Below are positions 19,338 to 20,000 of a DNA stretch of 20,000 bases, piece after piece. Where the stretch lies: NCBI GenBank assembly GCA_012862495.1, contig BLSG01000102.1, positions 56,216 through 76,215 on the forward strand. The letters are read 5' to 3'. Origin of the DNA: Thraustochytrium aureum. Taxonomy: Eukaryota. The position numbers and the translations under genes are program-made. The notes beneath the pieces are model-generated. The model searched no databases, was not told the origin of the DNA, and saw nothing but the letters and a program-made list of their open reading frames with translations. Positions within the stretch are counted from its first letter, which is position 1; each line of letters starts with the position of its first letter.

Positions 19338-19732
19338 TCCGCCTTAACCCGGCCCACCTTGCGCGCGCGCGCCGCACGTCTCGCCCGAGTCACGTGGGCG
19401 CTTTCCGCCTTACTCTCCAGCGAATTTCGACCGCCCTCACAAACGAAGCCAGAGGCCGCCCTCTCGGCGAAACCGCGAAATTAGATTCGCCGAGAGGGCC
19501 CGCGCGCCGAAGCGCCCCAAGCAGCGCGTAAGGCGGATCCCGCGGTGCCGGAGATACGCCGATAACGCCGGCGCCCGCTCCCGCACCTTGGCGCGGTCAA
19601 TGGATCCGACGCCAGGCGGCGCGCGGATTGCCCCGGCCGACGAACCTAACCCAGGCCAGCGCAGATACGCCGCGGAGCTGCGGCGACCTAACCCAGTGGA
19701 CACGTGGTTAAGGCGGATCGGACTGTGACGTG
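19338..19732. promoter_or_regulatory. Cluster of repeated motifs upstream of ARF
   Basis: TCCGCCTTA at 19338 and 19404, with its reverse complement TAAGGCGGA at 19529 and 19709. AGATACGCCG at 19552 and 19663. ACCTAACCCAG at 19644 and 19686. CACGTG at 19391 and 19701. Confidence 0.5.
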
Positions 19733-20000
19733 GCCATCAATCAATCAATCGCTCCTTTCTCGCTTCGAGGCCCTGAGCGGCGACCTCCTCGTGGAAAACC
19801 CCGCCAGCCAGTAGAGGGGAAAAGCGGAAACAAAGTAAACCTCACCATCGCCTTTGACCAACGTGTGGGGAGCCGCCGCGGGGACAGCAACAAAGGCTCG
19901 CCTCGCCTCACACCGCCGGCCCACTCTTGAGCGCAAACCGCGCTCCCCTCTCGACGCGCAGCCCGCCGCTTCAAGGCAACTCGCGCACACTCAGGCGGGG

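Noticed and set aside
19644..19696. Telomeric repeat tract
   Set aside because: Only two isolated CCTAACCC motifs are present, not a tandem array.
1..20000. A functional gene cluster linking all the genes
   Set aside because: The functions are unrelated and eukaryotic adjacency alone is not evidence.

Overview
GC-rich, gene-dense eukaryotic scaffold, probably a protist. A stramenopile such as a labyrinthulomycete is plausible but is inference only. It has six N-gaps and short GT-AG introns with CTRAC-like branch points. About 11 protein-coding genes are supported, in order: a Cys-rich GLG1-repeat protein (partial), a Cys-less nucleoredoxin-like protein, a FetB/STAR2 permease apparently fused to a FetA/STAR1 ABC ATPase, a signal-peptide PDZ+PA+PA protein, a 4-exon M20 metallopeptidase, a SlyD-type+FKBP12-type tandem PPIase, a head-to-head pair of paralogous 8-Cys two-TM proteins I cannot assign to a family, a Ste20/MST kinase, an ankyrin+U-box protein and an ARF GTPase. 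Non-coding features are a 51-bp minisatellite, an AT-rich segment with an inverted repeat and HSE-like motifs, and repeated motifs upstream of ARF. Several genes show frame breaks that are most likely assembly indels. I found no RNA genes, CRISPR array or transposase, and no coherent multi-gene system. The best novelty candidates are the paralog pair and the two prokaryote-type domain fusions.
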